A DNA stretch of 27,108 nucleotides, taken from the NCBI GenBank assembly GCA_019057475.1, contig DXJO01000012.1, positions 1-27,108 of the forward strand, read 5' to 3'. Source of the stretch: Candidatus Thorarchaeota archaeon. GTDB lineage: Archaea; Asgardarchaeota; Thorarchaeia; Thorarchaeales; Thorarchaeaceae. Position numbers and translations under genes: made by a program. Positions 8,601 through 17,072 of the stretch are shown here, in pieces (position 1 is the first letter of the stretch; every line of letters begins with the position of its first letter). The notes under the pieces are model-generated. The model searched no databases. It was not told the DNA's origin and was given only the letters and a program-made list of their open reading frames with translations.

Positions 8601-10709
8601 GCTCCATCCGTTGCCCATGCTCACTCCATCATCCCAGGTGTTATCGTAGCCATCGTCAAGGGCATTGTACTGGTCATTGGCTGCGAATTCATTGCCAAAG
8701 AACGTGTTATTGTGAGAATCGAAATGTAACCTAATGCCATAGTATTCGCTCGCAAATGCGCCGTTGTAGGTCACCTCGCAGAATGAGCAGCCTTCCAGTT
8801 CAAGGCCAACATACCAGTTGTTGGCCACCGTATTGTTGGATACAGTGCAATTTTGGGCCCAACGAATGAGTATTCCTTTACGGGAACCCCACGCTGTATT
8901 GTTCCATATCGTCCCGTTGTCCATACCCCAGCAATCTATTCCTACGTAGCCTTGGTCGTAGATTGTGTTATTGGAAACGGTGGTGGATGGACTGCTGTCG
9001 ACGCTGATGCCCACATTATTGCCATATGCCATATTTGCGTCCAAGGTACAATTGGGGGAGTTAGAACACATTATGCCACTGTTCGAGTTGTCGTAGGTTG
9101 TGCAGTTGAACACTGTGCAATTCTGTGACTCCATGACAGCCAGTCCATGCATTCCAGAATCAGCGACAACAGCATCTGAAATCTCACAATCTGTGCAGTA
9201 TGCAAGGTTTACGGCTATTGGACAATCATGGAATGAACCACCATTAACAGCAATTCTTGTTGAGTTCACTACGAACACTTGTCCAAGTGATGCACCATCG
9301 ATGGCCATGTCAGACACATTCCAGTAGTACCCGAGAGGTTTCCCGTTCACAGTGTTGTCGTAGACGGTATGTTGCCAGTATTCTAGACTCCATCCCTGGA
9401 AATACACTCCATCATTCACAAATTCGCTCTCATTGACGGTACAATAGGGGGAACCGCTAATCCATAGTCCGGAATACTCGGTTTCGCTTATGTTATTGTT
9501 CAAGATGGTAGTGTAGCTAGAGGATTGCACCATCACTCCGTAATTGCCGTTTCCGGCTAGGCGATTGTCAATTGAACTGCAATTATTTGACTCCTCTATG
9601 TATATTCCAGCATTTGCGTTGTCGTCTACAGTGTTATTGATGAAGGCACAAGTGTCACAGTAAACCATAGTCATCCCGTTAGACACGGATGAGAAACTGC
9701 CATCTCTTAGAATAACATTCGTGCCATTCACAAGGATAGCCTGGCCGTATCCGCTTACATCCATTGCTGAATTCTCAAGATCGACAAAATAAGCTAATGG
9801 GCGACCCCTTACAAGATTGCCTGTCATCTCATGAACCCAATGTTCAATCATCCAACCCTCTAAGCGGAGCCCTCTAGCTTGAAAGAAGTTATCAGTGAGA
9901 TTGCACTGAACGGAGTAACCCAATAACAGGTCATACTGACCATCACCCTCCAGTGTATTCCCAGTCAATTCACAAAATGATGAATCATAAATCACAATAC
10001 CAGTTTCTGTCCCTCGGAGGTTGTTGTCTATTAGCGTACAGTTGGATGAGTTCCAGATATTCACCCCCTCATAGCTTGAAATCATTGAGTTGTTACTAAG
10101 GATGCACCCTGGGGAGTTGTCAATCCAAGCACCTAGACCCCATGTTATATCGACGATATTATCCTTCAATGTGCAATTGGGAGAGGAGCTAAGCATGAAA
10201 CCAAAGTCGCCCGTTTGCACTGTGTTATTGAATAAGTAGCATTCAGGTGATTCCTGAGCAGACACACCATCTGATTTTGTATCGATAATACATGATTCAA
10301 TTGAAGCATGAGTAGCATTATCAAGGAAAACGCCATGGCCAAAGGACCAACCGACATCGGAACCTAGGAAGCAGTTTTGAATGACAAAGTGCAGGCTCAC
10401 GTCCGTAATCGATATGCAACTGTCAGTAGTCCTTATTTCCAAGTTCTCTATTAGATACGGATTACCCTCGCTTCCATCGCCGGACCAGCCTTCCGTGGTC
10501 GCCTGATCGATAAGGTCCGAGTCATTCGCAATGACAATCGGATCGTGAGTACTATACGAAACCAGTTGTTTCAATCCGGTAATCCCAACATCCATGACGT
10601 CTTCAGCTACGCTTTCATCAGCGCCCTGCAATTGGTATGACGTAACATCGGATGATACGACAAAAAACAGCAGGACGAACAATACTAGGAACAGGTACCT
10701 ATCCTTCAT
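5586..10709 (-). CDS. Large membrane-anchored surface protein: two beta-helix (NosD-like) modules, tandem Ig-like domains, poly-Thr linker, C-terminal TM
   Basis: Signal peptide MKDRYLFLVLFVLLFFVV (ATG 10709 with GTGGGGA upstream; the ORF track uses GTG 10721). Module caps GWSGDGSEGNPYLIE and WPGSGTEMDPYIIE, many NNT/NCT repeats, repeated TPPTIDSPSD..YELG..GNSITW domains, TTTTTTTTTTTETT linker, TM helix and KRKR. Confidence 0.87.
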   Translation of the reverse strand: MKDRYLFLVLFVLLFFVVSSDVTSYQLQGADESVAEDVMDVGITGLKQLVSYSTHDPIVIANDSDLIDQATTEGWSGDGSEGNPYLIENLEIRTTDSCISITDVSLHFVIQNCFLGSDVGWSFGHGVFLDNATHASIESCIIDTKSDGVSAQESPECYLFNNTVQTGDFGFMLSSSPNCTLKDNIVDITWGLGAWIDNSPGCILSNNSMISSYEGVNIWNSSNCTLIDNNLRGTETGIVIYDSSFCELTGNTLEGDGQYDLLLGYSVQCNLTDNFFQARGLRLEGWMIEHWVHEMTGNLVRGRPLAYFVDLENSAMDVSGYGQAILVNGTNVILRDGSFSSVSNGMTMVYCDTCAFINNTVDDNANAGIYIEESNNCSSIDNRLAGNGNYGVMVQSSSYTTILNNNISETEYSGLWISGSPYCTVNESEFVNDGVYFQGWSLEYWQHTVYDNTVNGKPLGYYWNVSDMAIDGASLGQVFVVNSTRIAVNGGSFHDCPIAVNLAYCTDCEISDAVVADSGMHGLAVMESQNCTVFNCTTYDNSNSGIMCSNSPNCTLDANMAYGNNVGISVDSSPSTTVSNNTIYDQGYVGIDCWGMDNGTIWNNTAWGSRKGILIRWAQNCTVSNNTVANNWYVGLELEGCSFCEVTYNGAFASEYYGIRLHFDSHNNTFFGNEFAANDQYNALDDGYDNTWDDGVSMGNGWSDYVGPGAYSIPGTAGSVDNYPWLFVDTVPPTIDHPADIELGLGGTGCFITWHPIDYFPDHYDLYVDEVVVESDMWEGDPIMIWVTPSKVSILNYTLVVFDQGGLSTGDTVLVNVSTAPGALLITSNSDFVTQDWPGSGTEMDPYIIEGLDITLNATTAYIGDVDAHFVIRGSSFSSLAAHFGIGIIFNNVTNGQVESCNITWKAIGIYISGSNKCTVWNNIIYDNHDAGVYATGTANLTITENEVYNSTNCVEISSSSSIDVINNTIYEGHVFGVCIASSPGTIVSLNTVHHVGALNGPMMSIVAFMMSPGCTASNNTLHSGAIGITAGMSPGCIIANNTIYDILMGTYIYASGSCVVTDNALSNSGFLIYGMTPAESYMVASGNTVNGKPLGYVWNSTGEVVDGNLYGQVLIANSTGVTVNGGSFDNCTLGVALAFCQDCHIIDVDSMNSYLSLAISNSNDTSVTNCALNGSLMGCIVQNAWNCTVDNNEIYGNQMIGLQFSESYNCTITHNWIYENGGPGIMMSGSNNTLFGNKIGWNGGPMYGDYNAMDSGSSNTWDDGVSAGNAWHDYSGTGVYSIYGMAGSVDRYPSLLTDVWSPDIDSPSDLEYEEGAAGNLITWTPSHPRPDHYELYRNGSLLGSWVWDGSPIVADVDGFSVGVYNYTVMVYNERGYNSTDTVFVTVVDGTPPTIDSPSDITYELGTTGNSITWTPSDLHPDHYELYRNDSLLGSWVWDGSPIVVDVDGFGVSTYNYTLTVYDIGDNTVSDTVFVSVVDTTPPTIDSPSDVNYELGTTGNSITWTPSDLDPDHYELYQNDSLLGSWVWDGSPIVVDVDGLGVSTYNYTLTVYDVGDNTISDTVFVSVEDTTPPDWVVSPSDQSIDYGQALEYQLQATDLSGIGAWYVNDTANFAISGTGLVTNESILEVGDYGLNISVEDIYGNTRSFTIRIRVLSSTTTTTTTTTTTETTSTEEIPPLDPMVLVIVIGIGAGVIVIIIIVAIKRKR
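5995..6800. repeat. Three intragenic 270-bp tandem repeats (90-aa Ig-like domains)
   Basis: CACTGTATCG recurs at 6021, 6291 and 6561; CCGTCCCACACCCAGCT recurs at 6121, 6391 and 6661. The first two units are near-identical in DNA. Confidence 0.9.
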
Positions 10710-10954
10710 TGCAATCCCCACATCAGCCTTGTCCTAATCCACGCGATTTGTTAGGACATCACTTACTTCTTTAGCAGAATAGGAATATAATTGATGGTTA
10801 TTCATTCCAGACCCGTTCATATATGCCTTGCGAGACGACTGAGTGGGAACATCATCTTTAGCTAGTTACTACTACTAACTCACTCGATATGTCATGCCAT
10901 GATGTTATCCCTTCATTATTCGTCAAGAGAAAGACTAGGTTCTGTCCTGATGGA

Positions 10955-11088
10955 GAATGCCACTGGGAATGGCTTGAGAGAAGAAAGGCAAGAAGAATTC
11001 GCAGGCATATCGCTCACGCACCCCTGCAAGTGTTGAACTTGACGCTAAAAGATGCTTTTTCCTTTTTGTAGTAACAACGATAATTGTC
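10955..11088. repeat. Direct repeat R2: relic 3' end of a paralogous surface-protein gene plus decayed terminator
   Basis: Aligns without gaps to 5489-5622. Minus-strand translation TIIVVTTKRKK matches IIIIVAIKRKR of the intact gene; the TAG position reads CAT. Confidence 0.8.
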
Positions 11089-11102
11089 GTTAATGTGCAT
11101 TC

Positions 11103-11141
11103 AAAAAAGAAAAGGAAGAGGAGCGCTCGATGCGCTTCCTC
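11103..11141 (-). terminator. Hairpin plus U-tract terminator of the MFS gene
   Basis: Inverted repeat GAGGAGCGC-TCGAT-GCGCTTCCTC just after the stop codon, followed on the minus strand by UUCCUUUUCUUUUUU. Confidence 0.6.
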
Positions 11142-11150
11142 AGTTAGACT

Positions 11151-12395
11151 CTATCTCTCGGCTTCTATCTCTTCCAGTGTCTTGCCTCTTGTTTCAAGAG
11201 GTTTGGCCGCCAATGCAACCAGTGGAATGAGCATCAGTAGACCACCGATTATCCAGAAGCCTGCCATATCTGCAAACAATATGAGCAAAACTCCGGACAA
11301 TATTGGTCCAACAACATATCCGAATCGAGCTCCAGTCACACAGACTCCAACACTCGTGGCCCTCACTTCAGTTGGGAATATCTCTGCAAGGTAGACATAG
11401 ATCCAAGCTAGGACCATAGCCATGAAGACGTACATTCCCCAGAAGAACGCAGGCATCCCTGTCATTCCTAGTCCTATGTAGCATATCACAGAACCAAGTG
11501 AACCAAGTACAAGAACCAGATTCCTCCCAATCTTATCTAGCATTATTCCTGTTATGAGGGCACTTACTGGTAACAACAATCCAGCGATGGTAAGAATCGA
11601 ATTGAACTCTTGATCTGTCAAGCCCTGCACACTTGTGAAGTATTCTCCACCAAATGTCGTTGCCATTTTGAAAGCAATAGTCCAAGTGAGATAAACAATT
11701 GTTGCGATGACTATGTATTTTCGGTCCTCAGGTCTAAGTTTCCTTAGAGCTTCCATCACACCAAGTCGCTTCTTATCACGTGCGTGTTCTGTGTCCTTCC
11801 ATCTCTGTGGGTCCTTAATGAAATAAAGCAGAATAAAGAGGACAATCATCATCAAGAACATCACACCGTAACCCCATCGCCATCCATAGGAATCAATGAT
11901 GGTTGGTCCCAGTATCGCCCAAATCGGAATCACTCCAATAAGAAACGCCGCACTGCCATACATACCTCGTGACTTTGCAGGAGCTTCTTCTGATATTGGG
12001 ATTTCCCACAGATTGGATGTAGTTCCCATTATCATGATTGAATAAAAGAGTAGGAATACATACAGATCCGCTGACAAGTACACAATCATGATTGTTGGAG
12101 CGCCCATTATTAGGATAAGGAGCATCATTCCTTTCCGTCGTCCATACGCATCTGCGTACCAGCCAATGAAGAAGACTCCAAACACAATGAGACCGAAGAT
12201 GCCCTGTAGGAATGCAAATTCGCTTCGTGCCACTTCATCAAGAGCCGTTGGCCACCACTCATCAAGGATGTTGGGTATTGCTTTAATTTCAATCATTGAG
12301 AGCCAGGTGTCCATACTACTGACCAAGCCCATGACTAAAACTAGGAATATCAAGTAATTTTTTGATACTTTTGGTGATTGTTCACCGCTTTCCAT
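11151..12395 (-). CDS. MFS transporter (sugar porter / aromatic acid:H+ symporter-like)
   Basis: About 12 hydrophobic segments; motif A GWYADAYGRR and GIMLDKIGRN; EEAPAKSRG; AEIFPTEVRA; C-terminal ETRGKTLEEI. Confidence 0.9.
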   Translation of the reverse strand: MESGEQSPKVSKNYLIFLVLVMGLVSSMDTWLSMIEIKAIPNILDEWWPTALDEVARSEFAFLQGIFGLIVFGVFFIGWYADAYGRRKGMMLLILIMGAPTIMIVYLSADLYVFLLFYSIMIMGTTSNLWEIPISEEAPAKSRGMYGSAAFLIGVIPIWAILGPTIIDSYGWRWGYGVMFLMMIVLFILLYFIKDPQRWKDTEHARDKKRLGVMEALRKLRPEDRKYIVIATIVYLTWTIAFKMATTFGGEYFTSVQGLTDQEFNSILTIAGLLLPVSALITGIMLDKIGRNLVLVLGSLGSVICYIGLGMTGMPAFFWGMYVFMAMVLAWIYVYLAEIFPTEVRATSVGVCVTGARFGYVVGPILSGVLLILFADMAGFWIIGGLLMLIPLVALAAKPLETRGKTLEEIEAER

Positions 12396-12577
12396 ATCTC
12401 TCTCTCCATATAGTTGTGAAAACGTAATCTTGATGATTCATGAATCCTCTATTATGTTCTTCTTATTTTCAAAATGTTCATTTTTGTACATCTTTCTCGC
12501 CTGATGGCCTGTCACATGTATCGGCCTAATCTGCTACACCATCACGCTTATCACTGAGTTCAACATAGTTAACGATT

Positions 12578-13993
12578 ATGAAGAAGTACGATATCATCGT
12601 CATCGGTTCAGGTGCGGGTATGCATCTCGCATCCGCGGCTTATGAACGCGGGATGAAGGTGGCCGTGATAGAGCATGGACCAATGGGGGGCACCTGTCTG
12701 AACCGTGGATGCATCCCGACCAAGATACTGACGTACGTCGCGGATTTGATTGTGCAGACCGAACACGCCAACAAATTGAATATCACTGCCAAAGTCGAGT
12801 CAGTTGACTTCAAGGGTATAATGGACCGCATGCGTCATGATGTTAGAGGTGACAGTCAGGCTCAAGGTGAAGGAGTTGACGCCGCAGAGGGCTTAGACTG
12901 GTACAAGGAAACAGGCGAGTTTGCAGGGGACTATATCATCAAGGTCGGAGATGAGGAAATCACAGCACCAAACATTTTCATCGTCGCGGGCTCAAGACCC
13001 CTGATACCTGACATCGAAGGTCTCGACAAGGTGGACTATCACACCAATATCAGCGTAATGGACATGACTGAGAAACCAAAGTCAATGATCATCCTCGGAG
13101 GAGGCTATCTAGCTGCTGAGTTTGGGCATTTCTTCGCAGCTGTAGGTGTTGACGTTACCATAGTGGGGCGCAATCCGTACTTGGTAAAGAATGAGGACAA
13201 TGATGTTTCTGAACTTCTCAAGGAAGAGCTTTCTAAACGGATGAATGTACACACGAACATCGAAGCAACTGAAGTCAGTGAAAAGGATGGTGTCAAGACA
13301 GTCATAGCTGTTGACCGTGAAACTGGGGAGAAGCAGGAGTTCAAGGCTGAAACCATCTTGGTGGCAACAGGAAGAAGATCCAACGCAGATCTGTTCAAGC
13401 CAGAGAAGACAGGAGTCAGGACAAATGAGAAAGGCTGGGTGATGGTTGACCAGTATTTCAGGACTTCCAAGAGGGGAATCTGGTCATTCGGAGATGCGAT
13501 AGGGAGGTACCAATTTAGGCATGTGGCAAACGATGAAGCACAGACTGTCTGGCACAACTTCACGCGAACCCTTGAGGATGGAGAAAAGGCAGAACTGACA
13601 TCTTTGAGTTACCACGCAGTTCCTTGGGCAATATTCTCTTACCCACCAGTTGCGACGGTCGGGATGACACTCAGAGATGCTCAGAAGTCTGGCAGGGCGT
13701 TGCTTGTGGGCCAGATGCCTTACACGAACACCGCCAAAGGGATTGCAATGGGCAGTCCGCCAGGTTTCGTAAGGGTGATTGCTGATGCGGAAACTCAAGA
13801 GATTCTTGGTGCGACAATCATAGGATTGTACGCCCCGATACTGATACAGGAAATAATCAACCTGATGTACTCAAACGTCCGAAGCTTCATCCCAATGTTC
13901 CACGCGATGCACATACATCCTGCACTTTCAGAGGTCGTTCAGCGTGCATTCGGTAGGCTAACACCGATCGGGGGCAATGAACACAAGCACTAG
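12578..13993 (+). CDS. Class-I pyridine nucleotide-disulfide oxidoreductase (dihydrolipoamide dehydrogenase / mycothione reductase-like)
   Basis: GSGAG FAD motif, redox disulfide GGTCLNRGCIPTK, GGGYLAAEF NAD(P) motif, ATGR, GD, and C-terminal HIHPALSE. Confidence 0.9.
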   Translation: MKKYDIIVIGSGAGMHLASAAYERGMKVAVIEHGPMGGTCLNRGCIPTKILTYVADLIVQTEHANKLNITAKVESVDFKGIMDRMRHDVRGDSQAQGEGVDAAEGLDWYKETGEFAGDYIIKVGDEEITAPNIFIVAGSRPLIPDIEGLDKVDYHTNISVMDMTEKPKSMIILGGGYLAAEFGHFFAAVGVDVTIVGRNPYLVKNEDNDVSELLKEELSKRMNVHTNIEATEVSEKDGVKTVIAVDRETGEKQEFKAETILVATGRRSNADLFKPEKTGVRTNEKGWVMVDQYFRTSKRGIWSFGDAIGRYQFRHVANDEAQTVWHNFTRTLEDGEKAELTSLSYHAVPWAIFSYPPVATVGMTLRDAQKSGRALLVGQMPYTNTAKGIAMGSPPGFVRVIADAETQEILGATIIGLYAPILIQEIINLMYSNVRSFIPMFHAMHIHPALSEVVQRAFGRLTPIGGNEHKH

Positions 13994-14028
13994 CAGATCA
14001 GCATGAAGCTGGAAATGATAGCAATAAG

Positions 14029-14361
14029 TTACCAGACCATGGGTACGTAGCCATCCTTGAGATGGTCAGCAATTAGCGTGCCCACGTAGTCCACAGCAAT
14101 TCCGAGCTTGGCTATCTCTTCAGAGATGCCGTCCCTGTCAGACAGAAACTTGCACGCCGTCGTTCCAGTCATCTGTGCAATTGCCATAGCCTCCTTTGCA
14201 ATGTCCACGTCCGAGGTAATCAGATTCTCGAAAGGCCCAAAGAAGATGACTTTGACATCGGATAGCCAGTTGTACTTGATCGTATTGTGAGCATAAGCCA
14301 AGGCTGTCAATGCCTTCTCTTTGTCTTGCGTAGCGATTATGATTAGCAGCTTGTCGTTCAT
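14029..14361 (-). CDS. DsrE/DsrF-like protein
   Basis: 110 aa with KLLIII...AL.YA...W..DVKVIFFGP, ACK and VDYVG..I...LKDGYVPMVW, a DsrE-family pattern. AGGAGTGG ribosome-binding site upstream. Confidence 0.75.
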   Translation of the reverse strand: MNDKLLIIIATQDKEKALTALAYAHNTIKYNWLSDVKVIFFGPFENLITSDVDIAKEAMAIAQMTGTTACKFLSDRDGISEEIAKLGIAVDYVGTLIADHLKDGYVPMVW

Positions 14362-14639
14362 TCGATTTCCACTCCTTTAGGTTTAGGACACACATGTCAC
14401 ATATGTATTAAGGCATGGTCCCAGAATAGAAGAGGAAGTCAACATGACTGAAGCGGTTTTGCACCCACATCGCCATTGAGAACGCTTTGGTACTACGAGC
14501 ATCATCTGCAGTGGTGGGCGCTTGCCGGGATTCAAGTTAACAATCCATCAATAGCTACCACACCTGAAATAATTCCCAGCTGGCGCTCGCCCCCTCATTC
14601 TCTCGGTCGGAAGCAATCAATCGGGCTAAACATGAATCC

Positions 14640-15881
14640 TTAGCCAGTCGAAGGTCTTGGTGCAGTTCGGTACAACATCATCATTAGTATGGACAGAGCC
14701 ACAGCAACAACGAGGATTGCAGTGTAGACCCATTGGATTCCGAAAGCGAAGATGCTGGAATATATCGGCACGTTGAGAGCATTACCAATGAACATCGACG
14801 AAGTGAGAGCTCCAGCAAGCACACCACGACGTTCCGGAGACAGTATCTGACTATATGTCATCAAGACTGGAGAGAGCGTGCCGCCAGCCCAACCTGCAAT
14901 GAGGAGTGCAGCTGCTACAAGTGGTAGATTAGCAGGTGATGCAAGGTCTCCGGCAAACAGGAGAATGACGACAGCTGTGAAGAGTGAAATCAGTCCGAGC
15001 GCAATTACGGTGCCGATGCCCCGAAGCCCCATAATTCGGCTCATAGAAACGCCAGCCACACCCCCAACGATTCCAGTGAGTAAGAGAAGAAGTCCAATCG
15101 TTCCCTCGTCAACTCCGGCCATGCCCCGAGACGTCCATTGGATCGTTGCGGAATAGGATAAGCCAACCGCGAATATGCACAACATTAGCAGGAGTACGAC
15201 CGGGCGTTTGAGTTCCAGTGAGAGATTGGAAATGAGATCTCCAATTGCGGGTCTGCCTGATTGTTTGCTTACTGGGCGTTTCACAAGGCGAAGAAGTGCT
15301 AAGCACAACAGCGACAAAACCAAGAAAACTGCGTAGAACATCTGCCAGCCAAAGACCACCAGCTGACCAGCAATCGCTGGACCCAAACCGACACTCATCG
15401 CAGCCAGTGCCCCGACAATCCCCATCCTCTTAGGAATGCTAGAAGGTGAGCAGCCATCCGTAATAAGAGCAACAAGAACGGGGTTTACAAAGCCAAATCC
15501 AAAGCCGCTGATTGCGCTGGCCAAGATGAACATCGAGAGGGAAGTAGAGAAAATCTCTAGCAGCATAGCAATCAAGTATACAAAAATCCCAAACGTGAGC
15601 ACAGGCACTCTTCCCTTGGTATCCGAGATCGCCCCTGAGAAGAGCTGAACAACTGCGAATGGAATCATGAAAGCAGTAATAGCAAGCATAACGTCAGTAG
15701 GGTTCACGTTGAAGTCAGAAGCCATTGCGTCAAGCATAACGAGGACACCGTTTCCGACCATCGGACCAATCGCGAATAGCGTGTACGCAATAATCTCCAA
15801 TGCCTTGTAATTCTCTTGAGGTTGATTGGCTGTTGGGGCACCATGATTTCTAGAGTTGTTCACAGGTGCGCCTTGCGTCAT
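14640..15881 (-). CDS. MFS transporter (DHA1 / drug:H+ antiporter-like)
   Basis: About 12 TM segments; GAISDTKGRVPV motif A; GLGPAIAG motif C-like; GWQMFY; PERRG. Confidence 0.88.
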   Translation of the reverse strand: MTQGAPVNNSRNHGAPTANQPQENYKALEIIAYTLFAIGPMVGNGVLVMLDAMASDFNVNPTDVMLAITAFMIPFAVVQLFSGAISDTKGRVPVLTFGIFVYLIAMLLEIFSTSLSMFILASAISGFGFGFVNPVLVALITDGCSPSSIPKRMGIVGALAAMSVGLGPAIAGQLVVFGWQMFYAVFLVLSLLCLALLRLVKRPVSKQSGRPAIGDLISNLSLELKRPVVLLLMLCIFAVGLSYSATIQWTSRGMAGVDEGTIGLLLLLTGIVGGVAGVSMSRIMGLRGIGTVIALGLISLFTAVVILLFAGDLASPANLPLVAAALLIAGWAGGTLSPVLMTYSQILSPERRGVLAGALTSSMFIGNALNVPIYSSIFAFGIQWVYTAILVVAVALSILMMMLYRTAPRPSTG

Positions 15882-15935
15882 AGCTTTACTATTTGTAGGT
15901 GCAGCTTAAGATGATACCTATTCGACATATCAAAC

Positions 15936-17072
15936 TTAGATGAACCGGTCCACTAGCTCTGTCAGGTCAATAACCGGAGGACCATCCTCAGAGCAGCCGT
16001 CGCGGAGATTCCGGGAGCAAAAGGGACATGCTGTTACGATGAATTCAGCGCCAGTCCTGAGAGCCTGCTCAATACGCTCCCTCGAGGTTTCAACACTCCA
16101 GTCATTGTAGGCGGCCTTAGCCCCGCCGCCAGCCCCACAGCACCAAGCGTTTTCGCGCGTGGTTTCCATCTCCACCAGGTCTACTGGGAGTTTTGAGATG
16201 ACAGTTCGTGGCTCATCGTAGATGCCCATATGCCTTCCGAGGTGACACGGATCGTGCCATGTGATAGTCGGACGATGTTCAGTTGGCCTTGGCACAATAG
16301 CGCCTTTGTCTATCAGCTCCTTGAGGAGCTGAGTTATGTGCATGACTTCAACTCCCAGGTCAATACCGAGCTTTGGATAATCCCGTGAGAGCGTTCGATA
16401 GCATCCTGAACACGATGTGACCACTCTCTTGGCACCTGCATCTCTGATAGCATCGACGTTGTGTTGTGCTGCTTCGTTGACCGGGGCAAGTTGCCCGGTT
16501 CTAATCAGGGGGGAACCACAACAATATTCGTCCACCACTGTGAAGTCAACACCTGCCTTCTTCAACACAGAGATTGTAGCATCGCGAATCTGGATTTCCC
16601 TGTAGTTGGATGTGCAGCCAACGAAGTATACGGTTTCAGCCTGTAGAGGCAAACTGTGTGTTTCGACGAGATTTCGATTATGATGTTCCGCACCGTACGG
16701 ATTGTGACACTGAACCACATTCTCGCGGAAGCGAATATGACTCGGCAGCCCGCCAATCTCTTGAACAGCCCTTGCGCGAAGCTCTTCAATCATGTCAACG
16801 ATGTGCTCACTGTGCGGTGCCAGACACTGGATTTCACAATTGCCACACGTGGTGCATGCGAAGATAGGGTCCAGAAGTGATGGCTCCCATTCCAGATCTC
16901 CCTTGTAGAGTGCTTGTGCAAGCCATATACGGCCGGATGCGTAGTAGGTTTCAAAACCGAAGTGTTCTCCGGCAGGGCAAGAGGGGAAGTATTCTCTGAA
17001 TACATACTTGCAGTTACTGCACCTCACGCAACTATGAAGCCATTGTTCGATCACTGACTCATCTGACGTCAT
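15936..17072 (-). CDS. Fe-S oxidoreductase with 4Fe-4S dicluster and two CCG domains (HdrD/GlcF/GlpC-like)
   Basis: CVRCSNC...CP, CTTCGNCEIQC, YFVGC, CCG, SCSGC, HDPCHLGR, CCGAGGG, TACPFC. ATG at 17072 overlaps the upstream stop (ATGA). Confidence 0.9.
   Translation of the reverse strand: MTSDESVIEQWLHSCVRCSNCKYVFREYFPSCPAGEHFGFETYYASGRIWLAQALYKGDLEWEPSLLDPIFACTTCGNCEIQCLAPHSEHIVDMIEELRARAVQEIGGLPSHIRFRENVVQCHNPYGAEHHNRNLVETHSLPLQAETVYFVGCTSNYREIQIRDATISVLKKAGVDFTVVDEYCCGSPLIRTGQLAPVNEAAQHNVDAIRDAGAKRVVTSCSGCYRTLSRDYPKLGIDLGVEVMHITQLLKELIDKGAIVPRPTEHRPTITWHDPCHLGRHMGIYDEPRTVISKLPVDLVEMETTRENAWCCGAGGGAKAAYNDWSVETSRERIEQALRTGAEFIVTACPFCSRNLRDGCSEDGPPVIDLTELVDRFI

Noticed and set aside
10889-11071. 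Apparent conserved small protein EWL.RRKA..IRRHIAHAPL (also ATG 5462-5602)
   Set aside because: Differences between the copies are spread over codon positions (about 8/5/9) and the N-termini are unrelated. The similarity is explained by the duplicated gene end plus terminator on the opposite strand.
12578-13993. Mercuric reductase (merA) call
   Set aside because: There is no C-terminal Cys-Cys pair and no N-terminal metal-binding domain.
14461-14535. SECIS element or tRNA 3'-end (att) fragment
   Set aside because: The ATGA...AAA...GA motif lacks a proper helix II and no convincing in-frame-UGA selenoprotein was seen nearby. TTGAATCCCGGCAAGCGCCCACCA lacks a T-arm stem and a cloverleaf.
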